Position numbers and translations under genes: made by a program
In this document: piece after piece, positions 8,320 to 18,574 of the stretch
How positions within the stretch are numbered: the first letter of the stretch is position 1
How the letters are laid out: every line of letters begins with the position of its first letter
NCBI RefSeq assembly: GCF_003945235.1
Contig: NZ_RSDW01000001.1
Span: forward strand, 1,350,001 to 1,382,000
Reading direction: 5' to 3'
Length of the DNA: 32,000 bases
Origin: Edaphobacter aggregans
GTDB taxonomy: Bacteria; Acidobacteriota; Terriglobia; Terriglobales; Acidobacteriaceae
The notes under the pieces: model-generated
What the model saw: the letters and a program-made list of their open reading frames with translations, nothing else
The model's database searches: none
What the model was told of the DNA's origin: nothing

Positions 8320-11300
8320 TTAGAACTGTAGCTTGAGCGCGAACTGCACGTTGCGAGGCTCACCGTAGCCAAGACCGGGAGCGCCGGCACCGTTGCGGGT
8401 CTGGGTGATACGGCCGAAGGTGGTGGCACTGTTAATGTTGGAGACCGACGGGTTGGCCAAGTTGGCCTGGTTCATGATGTTGAAGCACTCGATGCGGAAC
8501 TCCGACATAATGCGCTCGGTGATGGCCGTGTGCTTGAAGAGCGAAAAGTCGACAGCGCCGAAGCCGGGGCCGTAGAAGTTGTCGCGCTGCAAGTTGCCGT
8601 AGGTGCCGGGAGTCGGCGTGCTGAAGTACGCGGAACCCTGCAGCAGGTATTGGTACTGGCGCGTGCCATTGGCAGCGGTAATGACAGTGCGTCCGGCAAA
8701 GGGGTTGACACCAGTGAAGTTGGGGCGATCCTTCAACTGCTTCGTGGCACTGTTGTCAGTGCTGACGAGCGGGCTGATGGGGGTGCCCCCAGAGAAGGTG
8801 TAGAGTGCGTTGAGTTGCCATCCCTTGCTGACGCGGGGCATGACGTGGAAGAGTTGGGGGGCGTCGTAGTAGACGAAGCCAGTAACGGTGTTGCGAGTGT
8901 CGAAGGTGCTGTTTCCATAGTCCTGATGAATGTTGTAGCTGTTCATCGGAGTAGTAGTGGAGGAGTTGTCATCGAGCGAGTGAGCCCAGGTGTAGTTGAA
9001 GGTGGTTTGGATTCCGTGCCAGGGAGCTTGCTTGATGACAACCTGGAGAGAGTTAAAGTTGGAGTCGGCTGCGTTGTCCAGCTGGTTGATGCCGGCCAGC
9101 GACTTACCGGTGGTGATGGTCTGGCCTGGGAAGGAGAGCTGTTGGTAGGGACGGGCGCTGGCGGTTGATGTTCCGTTAGCAACAGGCTGATTGAGGTCGA
9201 GAAGCGCCAGAAGACGATGTCCCACAGTGCCAACGTATCCAACAGTGACGAGCGTGGACTTCGAAAGCTGCTGTTCGATGCCTAAGCTGTAGGTCTCCGC
9301 GTAGGGGGTCTTGATGTTGGGATTCACACCAAAGGCGCCTAGTTGCGGCGGGTTCGCGCCGACGAAAGGGTTGATGTTGGTTGCGAATGTGACATTGGAG
9401 GCGATGTAGGTGACGGCGGCGTGGGGGCCCGCGGGATTGTTTTGGGTATAGGAGTCACCGCCGTTAGTGGTTGTTCCACTGACCATAGCGCTCATGCCGG
9501 GAACGTCATAGAAGAGGCCATAGGAGCCTCGTATCACAGTCGTGTTATCGTCGAACGGCGAATAGGCAAAGCCAAACCGCGGTCCGAAGGAGCCGTAGTA
9601 GTTCTTGTAGAGCGGGACCTGGAAGGCGGGGGTAGTTCCAGGAACGAAGCTGTAGAGATCGTTGGCTGCGTCGTGCACGACACCGGGAACGGTATAGCGA
9701 ACGCCGAGGTTGAGGGTGAGCTTACGAGTGGCCTGGAAGTCATCCTGCGCCCAGCTGTCTATGGTGTTGAGAAGGAAGATGCGCTCGGCGTTGCCCTGGA
9801 GGAGCTTGGCTCCGGACGCGTTGGTGGGCATGCCGGCGAGAAAATCGCCGATGTAGCTTAATGAGGAGCAATTGGCGCTAAGGCCATTGGCGGCGCAATA
9901 TGCGTTGGCGGCCGGAGTGAGCGCGCCGGCGGCAGTGTCCCAGGGGCCACGCGTGCCGTCGAAGGAAAAACTGCCACGGGCGTTGGAGAAATAGAGGAGG
10001 TCGACGTCGGCGCGACGGAACTCACCACCGAACTTGAGGGCGTGGCGACCGAGGGTCCAGTGAAGATTATCGACGACGTGGCCGGTGACATCGGTGCGGC
10101 CGGAGGGTTGAGTGGCGCCCGTGATGTCGAAGCCGCTGACAGTGAGGGTGGGAGCTCCAGCGGCGATGATGCCGTTGAGTCCAAGGTTGAGACCAGCGTT
10201 CTGCTGGGGGTTGAAGTTCTGGTCAGCGTCGTTGAAGGTCTGTTTGAAGTAGTTAGTACCGAAGGTGATTATGTTCAATAGGTGGCTATTGAAGACAGAG
10301 GTCTGCACGATAGAGGCGTTGTGGATGTGCATGGGTGCAGTCTGGAAGTACTGTGCGTAGTCCGATCCGGTGGGTGCGGTCTGCTTGCCGGTGGTCCCGA
10401 TGTAGTGAAGAGAGATGGAGTACTTATCGGAGAACTTGTGGTCGAGCTTGATGACGCCATTGAAGCTGTTGTAGTTGGAGGCTCCGCTGGCGAAGTAGTT
10501 GTTAGCGGTCGCCGGGCCTGACTTGGAGTTGGCGGGGTAAAGTAGGTTATAGAGGTTCTGGCTGACAGGATTGACGGCGACGCCGAAGTTAGCCATGAAG
10601 CCCTTGGCCTGTGCGATCCAGGCATCGGTCAAGACGGTGTCGGTGAGCGCTACGTTGGCCTTAGCGACCTGGATCTCACCGGCGAGGAAGAGGAAGGTGT
10701 GATCCTTCCAGATGGGGCCGCCGAGGGTGAATCCACCCTGATGGTTGCGGATGAGGGGCTTGCGCGAGCCGACGGCAGCGAATGGCGAGATGGAGGCGAA
10801 GAACTCGTTGCGGTCGAAGTAGAACACATCGCCGTGGATCTTGTTGGTACCGCTCTTGAGGACCATGTTGGAGTTAGCGCCTGCGTTGCGGCCCTGGTCG
10901 GCTTCACCGCCGGACTGCATAGAGAACTGATCGATGGCTTCTATGGGGATGAGGCCGCCGGCGATAGATTGAATGCCGCCCTGGTTGGAAGCCACGATAC
11001 CGAGGTAGGCGTCGACGTTATCGACACCGTCCACCTGATAGTTGATACTGGCTGTGCGTGAGCCATTGACGGAACTGGAGATGTTTACGCCGGGGGCGAA
11101 CTTGATCATCTGGGTGAAGTTGCGTCCGTTCATCGGCATCTCCTGTACGGACTTGGAGTCGATGACAGTGACGAGGGCGGAGGAGGTGGTGTCTGTAGTG
11201 ACGCCGCTGGCATTGACGTCGACAATGGCGGCCTCGGCTCCGACGCTCAACTCGACTTTGAGATCGACAATCTTGGATACGGCGACATCGATGTTATCGA

Positions 11301-11574
11301 TTTTTTGGGTCCGGAAGCCACTGAAGGAGACGGTAAGTTGGTAGGTGCCGACGGGGAGTTCAGGAAAGAGGAAGTCACCCGTTTTGCCGGACTTCGCGTT
11401 CAGCGCGACACCAGTTGCCGGATTGACGAGCACGACGGCGGCGTCTGTAATCACGGCACCCTGTGTGTCCAGGACGGTACCGGAGACTGTGCCACGAAAG
11501 GTTTGGCCGAATGCTGGAAAGGCAATGAGGAAAGTGAGAAGAATTCGAAGGTGCTTTTTCCAGAACTGAGTCAT
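8320..11574 (-). CDS. Outer-membrane beta-barrel, CarboxypepD_reg-like domain plus TonB-dependent-receptor-like barrel (Oar-like), paralogous type to 2382-5504
   Basis: The ORF is 1084 aa with a signal peptide (MTQFWKKHLRILLTFLIAFPAFGQ). It carries a CarboxypepD_reg motif (TFRGTVSGTVLDTQGAVITDAAVVLVNPATG...KTGDFLFPELPVGTYQLTVSFSGF) and plug-like residues (DSKSVQEMPMNGRNFTQMIKFAPGV). The barrel ends in FALKLQF. Confidence 0.85.
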   Translation of the reverse strand: MTQFWKKHLRILLTFLIAFPAFGQTFRGTVSGTVLDTQGAVITDAAVVLVNPATGVALNAKSGKTGDFLFPELPVGTYQLTVSFSGFRTQKIDNIDVAVSKIVDLKVELSVGAEAAIVDVNASGVTTDTTSSALVTVIDSKSVQEMPMNGRNFTQMIKFAPGVNISSSVNGSRTASINYQVDGVDNVDAYLGIVASNQGGIQSIAGGLIPIEAIDQFSMQSGGEADQGRNAGANSNMVLKSGTNKIHGDVFYFDRNEFFASISPFAAVGSRKPLIRNHQGGFTLGGPIWKDHTFLFLAGEIQVAKANVALTDTVLTDAWIAQAKGFMANFGVAVNPVSQNLYNLLYPANSKSGPATANNYFASGASNYNSFNGVIKLDHKFSDKYSISLHYIGTTGKQTAPTGSDYAQYFQTAPMHIHNASIVQTSVFNSHLLNIITFGTNYFKQTFNDADQNFNPQQNAGLNLGLNGIIAAGAPTLTVSGFDITGATQPSGRTDVTGHVVDNLHWTLGRHALKFGGEFRRADVDLLYFSNARGSFSFDGTRGPWDTAAGALTPAANAYCAANGLSANCSSLSYIGDFLAGMPTNASGAKLLQGNAERIFLLNTIDSWAQDDFQATRKLTLNLGVRYTVPGVVHDAANDLYSFVPGTTPAFQVPLYKNYYGSFGPRFGFAYSPFDDNTTVIRGSYGLFYDVPGMSAMVSGTTTNGGDSYTQNNPAGPHAAVTYIASNVTFATNINPFVGANPPQLGAFGVNPNIKTPYAETYSLGIEQQLSKSTLVTVGYVGTVGHRLLALLDLNQPVANGTSTASARPYQQLSFPGQTITTGKSLAGINQLDNAADSNFNSLQVVIKQAPWHGIQTTFNYTWAHSLDDNSSTTTPMNSYNIHQDYGNSTFDTRNTVTGFVYYDAPQLFHVMPRVSKGWQLNALYTFSGGTPISPLVSTDNSATKQLKDRPNFTGVNPFAGRTVITAANGTRQYQYLLQGSAYFSTPTPGTYGNLQRDNFYGPGFGAVDFSLFKHTAITERIMSEFRIECFNIMNQANLANPSVSNINSATTFGRITQTRNGAGAPGLGYGEPRNVQFALKLQF

Positions 11575-11808
11575 TGTCGAGCTCCTGGTAATTTGTGGAG
11601 TTGCATTTTTTGAGGCGTAGAAATCCTTCGACCCATGGATGGGTTTTGTTGAAAGACAACATGGCGGACGACGTTATAAAACGTCAGAAGCCAGAAAAAG
11701 GGATAGTTTTTAGAAACTACTGTGAATATTGTGTGACGTCAACAAAATTTGTGAGGGTTCCACAAATCAGTGAGGTGAGCTACTAAATTAAGTGGTGTGT
11801 AGAAGTTG

Positions 11809-12966
11809 TCAGCCAGCAGTGCGCCCGAAATGGAAAGCCAGAAGCGTAATGTCATCCTCAGGTTCCCGCCCTAAAGCAAGATTCGACCATTGAGATAACG
11901 CTTCAAGAAGCTCATCGACGAATTGCCCCGTTGATAAGTCATGATTGTCCTGGAGAAATTGCTTGAAGCGATCTAGACCAAATTGCTCATCTGAAGGGTC
12001 GGTCATTTCCAGGATTCCGTCGGTGTAAAGGACGCCCCAGTCACCCGCTTTGAAAGGTATCTCCACCGCGGTGTAGGTGGCCTCCGGGAAGAAACCAAGA
12101 AACAAACCGTTCTCGACGAAGTCGCGTGCCTTCCCTGCCGAGTGGTCCATGAAAATGAGTGGTGGGTGTCCCGCACCTGCATAGAGAAGACTTTGCCTTT
12201 CCGTATCTACCACCACATACACCGCGGTGACAAAATGGCCCTGGAATTTTCCACACAACGTACGATTCAGGCCAGCCAACACGCGCGCAGGCTCCAAGGC
12301 ACATTTAATTTGACCGTCCAGTGCAATCTTGAGCATGGATGATATAAGCGCGGCGGGCATGCCGTGGCCAGATACATCCGCTACCAAAATGCCGATCCGC
12401 TTCTCGTCGATCGGGATAAAGTCGTAGAAATCGCCTGCCACCGCCGTCATGGGAAGATAACGGGCTGAAATGTCCAGACCCCTGATTACAGGGATTTCGC
12501 GCGGCAAGATAGACAATTGAATCTGTCGCGCAGTGTCCATTTCACACTGGATGCTTTGCAATTGGCGCGCTAGTTGTTCGCGTATACCGCGGAGCATAAG
12601 GTGTGTACGTACTCTGGCTTGTACGACTGCTGGCGAGAACGGTTTATGAATATAGTCGACCGCCCCGACCTCGAACCCCTTCGTTTCATCGTCAATCTCA
12701 GTTTGACCCGTTAGAAAGATCACGGGAATGTCCCGCGTATGGTCAGCAGACTTAAGACGGGAGCAAACTTCGTACCCGTCCATCTCGGGCATCATGACAT
12801 CCAGAAGAATCAGATCGGGAGCGGGAGTTTGATTTGCAAGTTCTAAAGCCTTCGCGCCACTTGTCGCAATACGAGTCTTGTAGATGTCTTTGAGAATCGA
12901 GTTCACAATCTGGATGTTTGCGGGCTCATCGTCTACGAGTAACAATGTCTTCACTTCGGCGTTCAT
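11809..12966 (-). CDS. Response regulator receiver fused to a PP2C/SpoIIE-type serine phosphatase (RsbU/HsbR-like)
   Basis: The ORF is 385 aa. REC motifs are LLLVDDEPANIQ, LILLDVMMPEMDGYEV, VIFLTGQ and DYIHKPF. PP2C/SpoIIE motifs are VAGDFYDF, LVADVSGHGMPAAL, LLYAGAGHPP and VLYTDGILE. Its first 41 nt overlap the end of the hybrid kinase gene. Confidence 0.9.
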   Translation of the reverse strand: MNAEVKTLLLVDDEPANIQIVNSILKDIYKTRIATSGAKALELANQTPAPDLILLDVMMPEMDGYEVCSRLKSADHTRDIPVIFLTGQTEIDDETKGFEVGAVDYIHKPFSPAVVQARVRTHLMLRGIREQLARQLQSIQCEMDTARQIQLSILPREIPVIRGLDISARYLPMTAVAGDFYDFIPIDEKRIGILVADVSGHGMPAALISSMLKIALDGQIKCALEPARVLAGLNRTLCGKFQGHFVTAVYVVVDTERQSLLYAGAGHPPLIFMDHSAGKARDFVENGLFLGFFPEATYTAVEIPFKAGDWGVLYTDGILEMTDPSDEQFGLDRFKQFLQDNHDLSTGQFVDELLEALSQWSNLALGREPEDDITLLAFHFGRTAG

Positions 12967-15900
12967 CCTTTACCTCCTTCCGATTCAGGCTATGTTCTCT
13001 GGCGATGTCGTCCAGCTTCAACAGGGCTCCGCTAAAATTGAAATCGTTTATATCTGCACCAAGTGCATCCAATAGCGCCTTATCAACTTGGCGGGCAAGA
13101 ACACTTCGTAGTACACGAAACGTCTCCTCTGAAGCGCCATCGCTGGCCTCGAGTTGGCTCCGCAACCGTGTGATTTCACATGAAGCTCCAGCGGGATCGA
13201 AGTTTTTTCTTGATTCGTTTTCGGACGTGGGTGTCGCTAACGTGCACAAAGCCTGCTCTATTGCCTCAATCTGAGCGCGCATGACTGAAATGAAATCCTG
13301 GAGCATCGTTGGAACTTCCGAATCGTTCTCGCGAATTGCTTTTTCTAATTTCTCCGCTGCGAATTGAACTCGCTTGATACCGATGTTCCCGGCGACACCT
13401 TTTACTGTGTGAGCAATGCGCTGAGCCAGTTCGCGATCTCCGCTCTGAAGAGCAGCTTTGACCAGCACGCCTGAGTCGTTGTGCTTCTCCGCAAACTTCA
13501 CAATCAGGCCCCGATACAATTGCCCATTGCCTCCCACTCGCTTGAGGCCATCCTTGATGTCTATACCTTCAATTTCAGGAATATCGGCGATATTTTGTGA
13601 AAAGGCCGTCTCAACCTTCTTACCTGGAGGCTCAGAGCTCAGGACTCGGCGTGGTTTTGCCCAGTGCACCAATGTCGCGAACATCGCGTCCGGATCAATT
13701 GGTTTACTCACATGGTCGTTCATCCCCGCTTGCCTACACAATTCGCGGTCCGCGTCCATCGCGTTGGCGGTCATAGCGATGATGGGCAGCCCACGGAAAC
13801 GTTGGTCAGACCTGATCGCTTTTGTGGCTGCGATTCCATCCATTACCGGCATTTGCATATCCATCAACACAAGATCGTAATCATGCTCGCTCACCATTTG
13901 GACCGCCACCTTGCCATTCTCAGCTATGTCGACGGACATGTGAGCGGCCCCGAGCAGTCCCATCGCGACTTCGCGATTAAGTTCATTGTCTTCCACCAGC
14001 AGCACTCGAACCCCATGTAATCGGTCAAGGTTTAAACTTGAATTGGCCGGAACTTCTGCGATTCTTTCGTCACCAATTCCCAGAGCTTCGACGGATGAAT
14101 CGAAAAGCATGGATGCCGTAACTGGCTTGACGAGAACGCTGGCGAAGGCATTGTCATCGGCTTGCTTTAGAACCTCCTCACGACCGTAAGCTGTAACCAT
14201 CACCAGACGTGGCGGAACGACAACATTCGGCAACGCCCGAATTCGTTTCCCCGTTTCAATGCCATCCATCTCTGGCATCTGCCAATCGACAAAAGCGATC
14301 TCGTACGGCTTGTCTAATTCGGCTGCTTTGCGAACCATTTCAATGCCTTCCTGTCCAGAGGCTGCCTCATCCGCAATGAAGGTCATACTTGTCAGCATGC
14401 TCGACAACACCTCACGTGCCTGTGAATTGTCATCGATAATCAGAACGCGTCGACCACGCAAGTCCGGCCGGGAGAGCTTCCGCAGTGGAGCTGTGCTCTT
14501 GCCGAGGCGAGCCGTGAACCAAAATGTGCTTCCCTTACCCAGTTCGCTGGCCACTCCGACATTACCGCCCATCAACTGTGCCAATCGCTTGGAGATAGCC
14601 AACCCAAGTCCGGTGCCGCCGAACTGTCTCGTCGTAGAAGTGTCCGCTTGCTCGAATGCCTGAAACAGTCGCCCCATTTGTTCCTCGGTAAGGCCGATGC
14701 CAGTGTCGCTAACCGAGAAGCAGACAAGTTTACTGTCCTCATCTTCCTCCTGGATCCGAACTTTGACGACGATCTCGCCCTGCTCTGTAAACTTAACGGC
14801 GTTGTTGCAGAAGTTGATCAGGATTTGGCCCAACCGCAGTGGGTCGCCCTTGAGTTGGGTTGAGACCGAGGGCTCAATGTCGAAGATCAGTTCCAAACCT
14901 TTGGACGAGGCCTTCTCGGAGAGAAGATTGCTGACGTTCTCCAACACTTTATCGAGATTGAAGTCAATGTTTTCTACAGACAGCTTGCCAGCTTCGATCT
15001 TCGAGAAATCCAGAATATCGTTGATGATGCCGAGCAGATGCTGGCCGGACTGTTGAATCTTCCTGACATAGTCTCTTTGACGATGGTCAAGTTCAGTCCT
15101 CAATGTCAAATGCGACATGCCAATGATCGCATTCATCGGTGTGCGAATTTCATGGCTCATATTGGCCAGGAAATCGGACTTCGCCTTCGTGCCCGCTTCC
15201 GCTACCTCCTTGGCCTCAAGGATCGCCGCCTCTGCCCATTTACGTTCTGTGATGTCCTTAACATTGGCTACGATAATCTGCTGGTTCATATAGTCTGCAC
15301 AGTACAAAGTGACCTCAGCATCGAATACGCGCCCATCTTTAGCACGATGTTTTGACTCTCGAGTCAGAACAGGTTTATCCCGAAGAAGCTCTATGACTTC
15401 TTTCAGCTTGTCGGGGCCAAACTCAGTGATTTCGCTGATGGGAGTAGCCAGCAATTCCTCTCTCGTGTAGCCAAGGCTCCGACTAGCCTCCTCATTGACA
15501 TATTCCAACCCTCCATCTGTTGTACGAATCCAGAAAACCGCGTCGGCTGCGTGGTCCACCGCATATTGTGTGAAGCGAAGGCGCTGCTCGACCCGTTGAC
15601 GCTCTGTAATGTCTTCGTGCAACGAGATAACGTATTGCGGCTTACCCTGGGCATCCCGGATAAGTTTGAATCTTCCACTCGCAACGATGATGCTGCCATC
15701 AGGCCGGATGAAGCGTTGTATATACTCATCCTCATCGCGCTTCCCTTCAATAAGATCGGCATACCTCCTTGCTCCCTCGGCGCGGTCATCTGGATGAATG
15801 ATCTTGTCCCATTTCTTCGTGTCGTTCAATTCTTCCGCGCTGTAGCCCAACTGCTCAAGTTGAGTGCGGTTGCTTAAATGCTCCCTCGTATTGATGGCAT

Positions 15901-17677
15901 AGATGCCGATTCCAATCTGCGCATTCTCGAAAATGGAACGGAACCGCTTCTCGCTTTCCTGTATAGCTTGTTCACTTCGTATTCGCTCTGTTATGTCTTG
16001 GATCGCCACAACTGCCCCCACAACCTGATCTCCCTTCCGAATTGGCGTGGTGCTGTATTCTACGCAGAGGCAACTTCCGTCCTTCTTCCAGAGGACTTCG
16101 TCCGAAGATACGTGGCGTTGCCCGTCGTGGGCGGTCTTGGACATCCAACAATCTTCTGCAGGGTATGGCGATCCATCGGGATAGGCGTAATGAACGGCTG
16201 CATGCATCGGCTGGCCAATGAGTTCCTCCGGCTCATAGCCCAACATTCGAGCGCCTGCAGGATTCACAAATGCAACCGTCCCATCTGCGCTGAGTCCCCA
16301 GATGCCATCCGCCACTGACGACAAGATTAGGCGAGACCTTTCCTCCACCGCTGCCAGAGTCTCTGCCTGCTGCTGAGTGTGTTCGAGCAGCTTTCTGGTC
16401 TTGATGTTGGCGGACAACATCTCCGAGTTCATCGCCAAAACAGGCATGAGTGCTTCAAGCAGAACCTGTTGGCGGTCCGATAGTGCTAAAGTCGGTGCTA
16501 GTTCGAGGACTCCCATCACAACGTCCTGGTGTACTACCGGCATTAGGAGGAGAGTGCGAGGCTTGAGCGTTCCGCTCCCGCTCAAAATACTGAGCTTATC
16601 TTCCTCGTTTGCGGAAACCACTAGTGTCCGCCGTTCCACAGCCGCCTGGCCGATGAGTCCCTCTCCAAAAATAAATTCCCGGGCCTCATCTGGACCATCA
16701 AGAGCAAATCCTCCGACACGAGCCAACCGAGCGTGACTTTCATCGGCAACATAAAGAGCGCCGTAGAGCAGCGGGATGGACTCAGAGAGGCGCGAAAATA
16801 AACATCTCCCGAATTCTGCAAAATTCACGGAAGATTGCAACTCCTCCGCGATATCCGAAACCTCAGCCTTCACCCAATGCTGGATTGCGCGTTCGCGAGC
16901 ACTATCCTGTAGAGTGCGCAATGCTCGGCTGATCGCGCCTATTTCGTTCGTCTGGTTGAGGTAGGGGATCATTTGATCCAGCTGTCCGTCGGCAAGAGCC
17001 TGGACGCTACCGCGCACGGCCAATAATTCGCCGATAACTTCGGTCTGGACGATATAAAGGGTGAAGGTTAGAGTCGCCGCAAGGCCGAGGCAGACGACAA
17101 GCCATGTGATCAGAATGGCGCGGTGAGTTTTTCTCGTGAGATCGTCAGATTGCCGGTCTACAGTCGTTCGCAATTCGTCCACCGAGTCGATGGCAGCCTG
17201 CCTCGCCTGCTGCAATTCCATACCCGCGTCCCCGCGTATCAAACTCAGGGCCTTTTCGGTATTGTTCGCCAATGCTGAGGCACGAATAGGACGTGCATCT
17301 GACATCGCCTTATCGAAAAGGGCCGCGGTGGCCTTGATTGCCTTGGCGTGATCTGGACTCTGAGCCATTGCTTCCGCCATACGCGTTTGAAAATCAGCGT
17401 AGATCTTGTCTAGCTCTCCATCGATTTTTACCCTCCTATCGGGGTCAGGCTCGGTAACCTCCTCATAGAGGAAAAGACCAACTCGATTCGCGTGTGCTCG
17501 AGCCACCGAGAGGCTCTGCAACGTCTTGACGTCATGGTCGATCATATTGCTATAGTGGGCATCGATCTGCCTACTTGTGATCGACGAATATAGTGTCGCT
17601 AGGACCACCATCAGCGCCAGTGGCAGCACTGTGAGAAGCAACTTGGCTCGAATTCTCAGATTTGCTAATAGAGCCAT
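12926..17677 (-). CDS. Hybrid sensor histidine kinase: TM, periplasmic helical (4HB_MCP-like) sensor, TM, HAMP, GAF, three PAS, HisKA, HATPase_c, two REC and Hpt
   Basis: The ORF is 1583 aa with two TM helices flanking a helical region of about 150 aa. The H-box is FLANMSHEIRTPMNAIIGM and the G-boxes are SDTGIGL and GGTGLGLAISKRL. The two receivers are VLIIDDN...FVDWQMPEMDG...VKPV and VLLVEDN...LMDMQMPVMDG...VSKPI. The C-terminal Hpt motif is AHTVKGVAGNIG. PAS signatures include repeated DITERxxxE boundaries. Confidence 0.9.
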   Translation of the reverse strand: MALLANLRIRAKLLLTVLPLALMVVLATLYSSITSRQIDAHYSNMIDHDVKTLQSLSVARAHANRVGLFLYEEVTEPDPDRRVKIDGELDKIYADFQTRMAEAMAQSPDHAKAIKATAALFDKAMSDARPIRASALANNTEKALSLIRGDAGMELQQARQAAIDSVDELRTTVDRQSDDLTRKTHRAILITWLVVCLGLAATLTFTLYIVQTEVIGELLAVRGSVQALADGQLDQMIPYLNQTNEIGAISRALRTLQDSARERAIQHWVKAEVSDIAEELQSSVNFAEFGRCLFSRLSESIPLLYGALYVADESHARLARVGGFALDGPDEAREFIFGEGLIGQAAVERRTLVVSANEEDKLSILSGSGTLKPRTLLLMPVVHQDVVMGVLELAPTLALSDRQQVLLEALMPVLAMNSEMLSANIKTRKLLEHTQQQAETLAAVEERSRLILSSVADGIWGLSADGTVAFVNPAGARMLGYEPEELIGQPMHAAVHYAYPDGSPYPAEDCWMSKTAHDGQRHVSSDEVLWKKDGSCLCVEYSTTPIRKGDQVVGAVVAIQDITERIRSEQAIQESEKRFRSIFENAQIGIGIYAINTREHLSNRTQLEQLGYSAEELNDTKKWDKIIHPDDRAEGARRYADLIEGKRDEDEYIQRFIRPDGSIIVASGRFKLIRDAQGKPQYVISLHEDITERQRVEQRLRFTQYAVDHAADAVFWIRTTDGGLEYVNEEASRSLGYTREELLATPISEITEFGPDKLKEVIELLRDKPVLTRESKHRAKDGRVFDAEVTLYCADYMNQQIIVANVKDITERKWAEAAILEAKEVAEAGTKAKSDFLANMSHEIRTPMNAIIGMSHLTLRTELDHRQRDYVRKIQQSGQHLLGIINDILDFSKIEAGKLSVENIDFNLDKVLENVSNLLSEKASSKGLELIFDIEPSVSTQLKGDPLRLGQILINFCNNAVKFTEQGEIVVKVRIQEEDEDSKLVCFSVSDTGIGLTEEQMGRLFQAFEQADTSTTRQFGGTGLGLAISKRLAQLMGGNVGVASELGKGSTFWFTARLGKSTAPLRKLSRPDLRGRRVLIIDDNSQAREVLSSMLTSMTFIADEAASGQEGIEMVRKAAELDKPYEIAFVDWQMPEMDGIETGKRIRALPNVVVPPRLVMVTAYGREEVLKQADDNAFASVLVKPVTASMLFDSSVEALGIGDERIAEVPANSSLNLDRLHGVRVLLVEDNELNREVAMGLLGAAHMSVDIAENGKVAVQMVSEHDYDLVLMDMQMPVMDGIAATKAIRSDQRFRGLPIIAMTANAMDADRELCRQAGMNDHVSKPIDPDAMFATLVHWAKPRRVLSSEPPGKKVETAFSQNIADIPEIEGIDIKDGLKRVGGNGQLYRGLIVKFAEKHNDSGVLVKAALQSGDRELAQRIAHTVKGVAGNIGIKRVQFAAEKLEKAIRENDSEVPTMLQDFISVMRAQIEAIEQALCTLATPTSENESRKNFDPAGASCEITRLRSQLEASDGASEETFRVLRSVLARQVDKALLDALGADINDFNFSGALLKLDDIAREHSLNRKEVKDERRSEDIVTRRR

Positions 17678-17761
17678 CTTTTCTCCGTGGCTAACAGAGG
17701 AACTTATCTGCGTTCCTGCGAGGAGAACCTATCATCCTCGAACTCAATTCAAACCACTCTA

Positions 17762-18436
17762 CTACTCGTTGAATCCACGCTCCAACCCTATCGCTTTTTG
17801 CGATCTGTGAATTTCAAAAATACTTTCAGGACTTGCGGCAGAATTTGCCGAGAAATATTGGTTGAGCCCGGCAGCAACCTCTTTCAGTCCCCGATCGAGA
17901 TTGGTATCCAGCGCCGCCACGACCGCGGAGATTTCCTTGCCTTGTATGGGTTCAGATTGGGAATAGAAATGCTTCCAAACAATCTTGCCCGATTTCCGGT
18001 CATAGAGTTCAAACTCCATAGACACGAGTCCCTCGATATTCGCGCCGTCGACTTCTTCAAAGTTGTAGAGCCTGCCTCGAATCACGAATTGTCCGCCCGA
18101 ATTGCTCCCAAGGCCGCTAACAGACTGATAATCGCCTGAAGCACTCAGCACGCGTATTAATTTGCTCTTGATCAATTCGACCGGAGGCTCCACCCAACGG
18201 CTATGCTGGTACGCGCCAATCTGGTTGGTGCCGATGCGATACAAGATCGGCGTGTCCCGAAATACTTCCGCTCCTCCGATGCCTCCAACTAATAAAGATA
18301 CGGGGTATGCGCTTGTCGTAAGTGTGGGTGTTCGAGGGCTCTGTACTGTGTAATAGTGGATGGGCTTGCCCCCGCCACACCCGCTTAGACTCAAGGCGAG
18401 CGGTGATATCAAAACGAGTCGGGCCATTCGATGCAT
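17762..18436 (-). CDS. ABC-transport auxiliary lipoprotein (PqiC/YmbA, DUF330/ABC_trans_aux-like)
   Basis: I place the start at MHRMARLVLISPLALSLSGCGG, which gives a lipoprotein signal with an LSGC lipobox. The size and position, directly downstream of an MCE gene, fit the auxiliary lipoprotein family. The 18493 TTG start in the track adds 19 aa before the signal peptide and has an SD that sits too close. The functional call rests on context and overall pattern. Confidence 0.65.
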   Translation of the reverse strand: MHRMARLVLISPLALSLSGCGGGKPIHYYTVQSPRTPTLTTSAYPVSLLVGGIGGAEVFRDTPILYRIGTNQIGAYQHSRWVEPPVELIKSKLIRVLSASGDYQSVSGLGSNSGGQFVIRGRLYNFEEVDGANIEGLVSMEFELYDRKSGKIVWKHFYSQSEPIQGKEISAVVAALDTNLDRGLKEVAAGLNQYFSANSAASPESIFEIHRSQKAIGLERGFNE

Positions 18437-18574
18437 AGGAAACCTCTTCCGTAGGGCACTAGATATTGCTTTAAAGACCTGCTCTTGTATCAACTCCTCC
18501 CGTCTACCCTCTTTGCTCCGCGGAGAACTAGCCGTTAGAAATAGTCATTGGTCATCCCCGTGGAGATCCTTGCC

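Noticed and set aside
18437-18493. A TTG start at 18493 for the PqiC-like lipoprotein.
   Set aside because: It adds 19 residues ahead of the lipoprotein signal peptide, and its GGAGG lies only about 2 nt from the TTG. ATG 18436 gives a canonical signal peptide with a lipobox.
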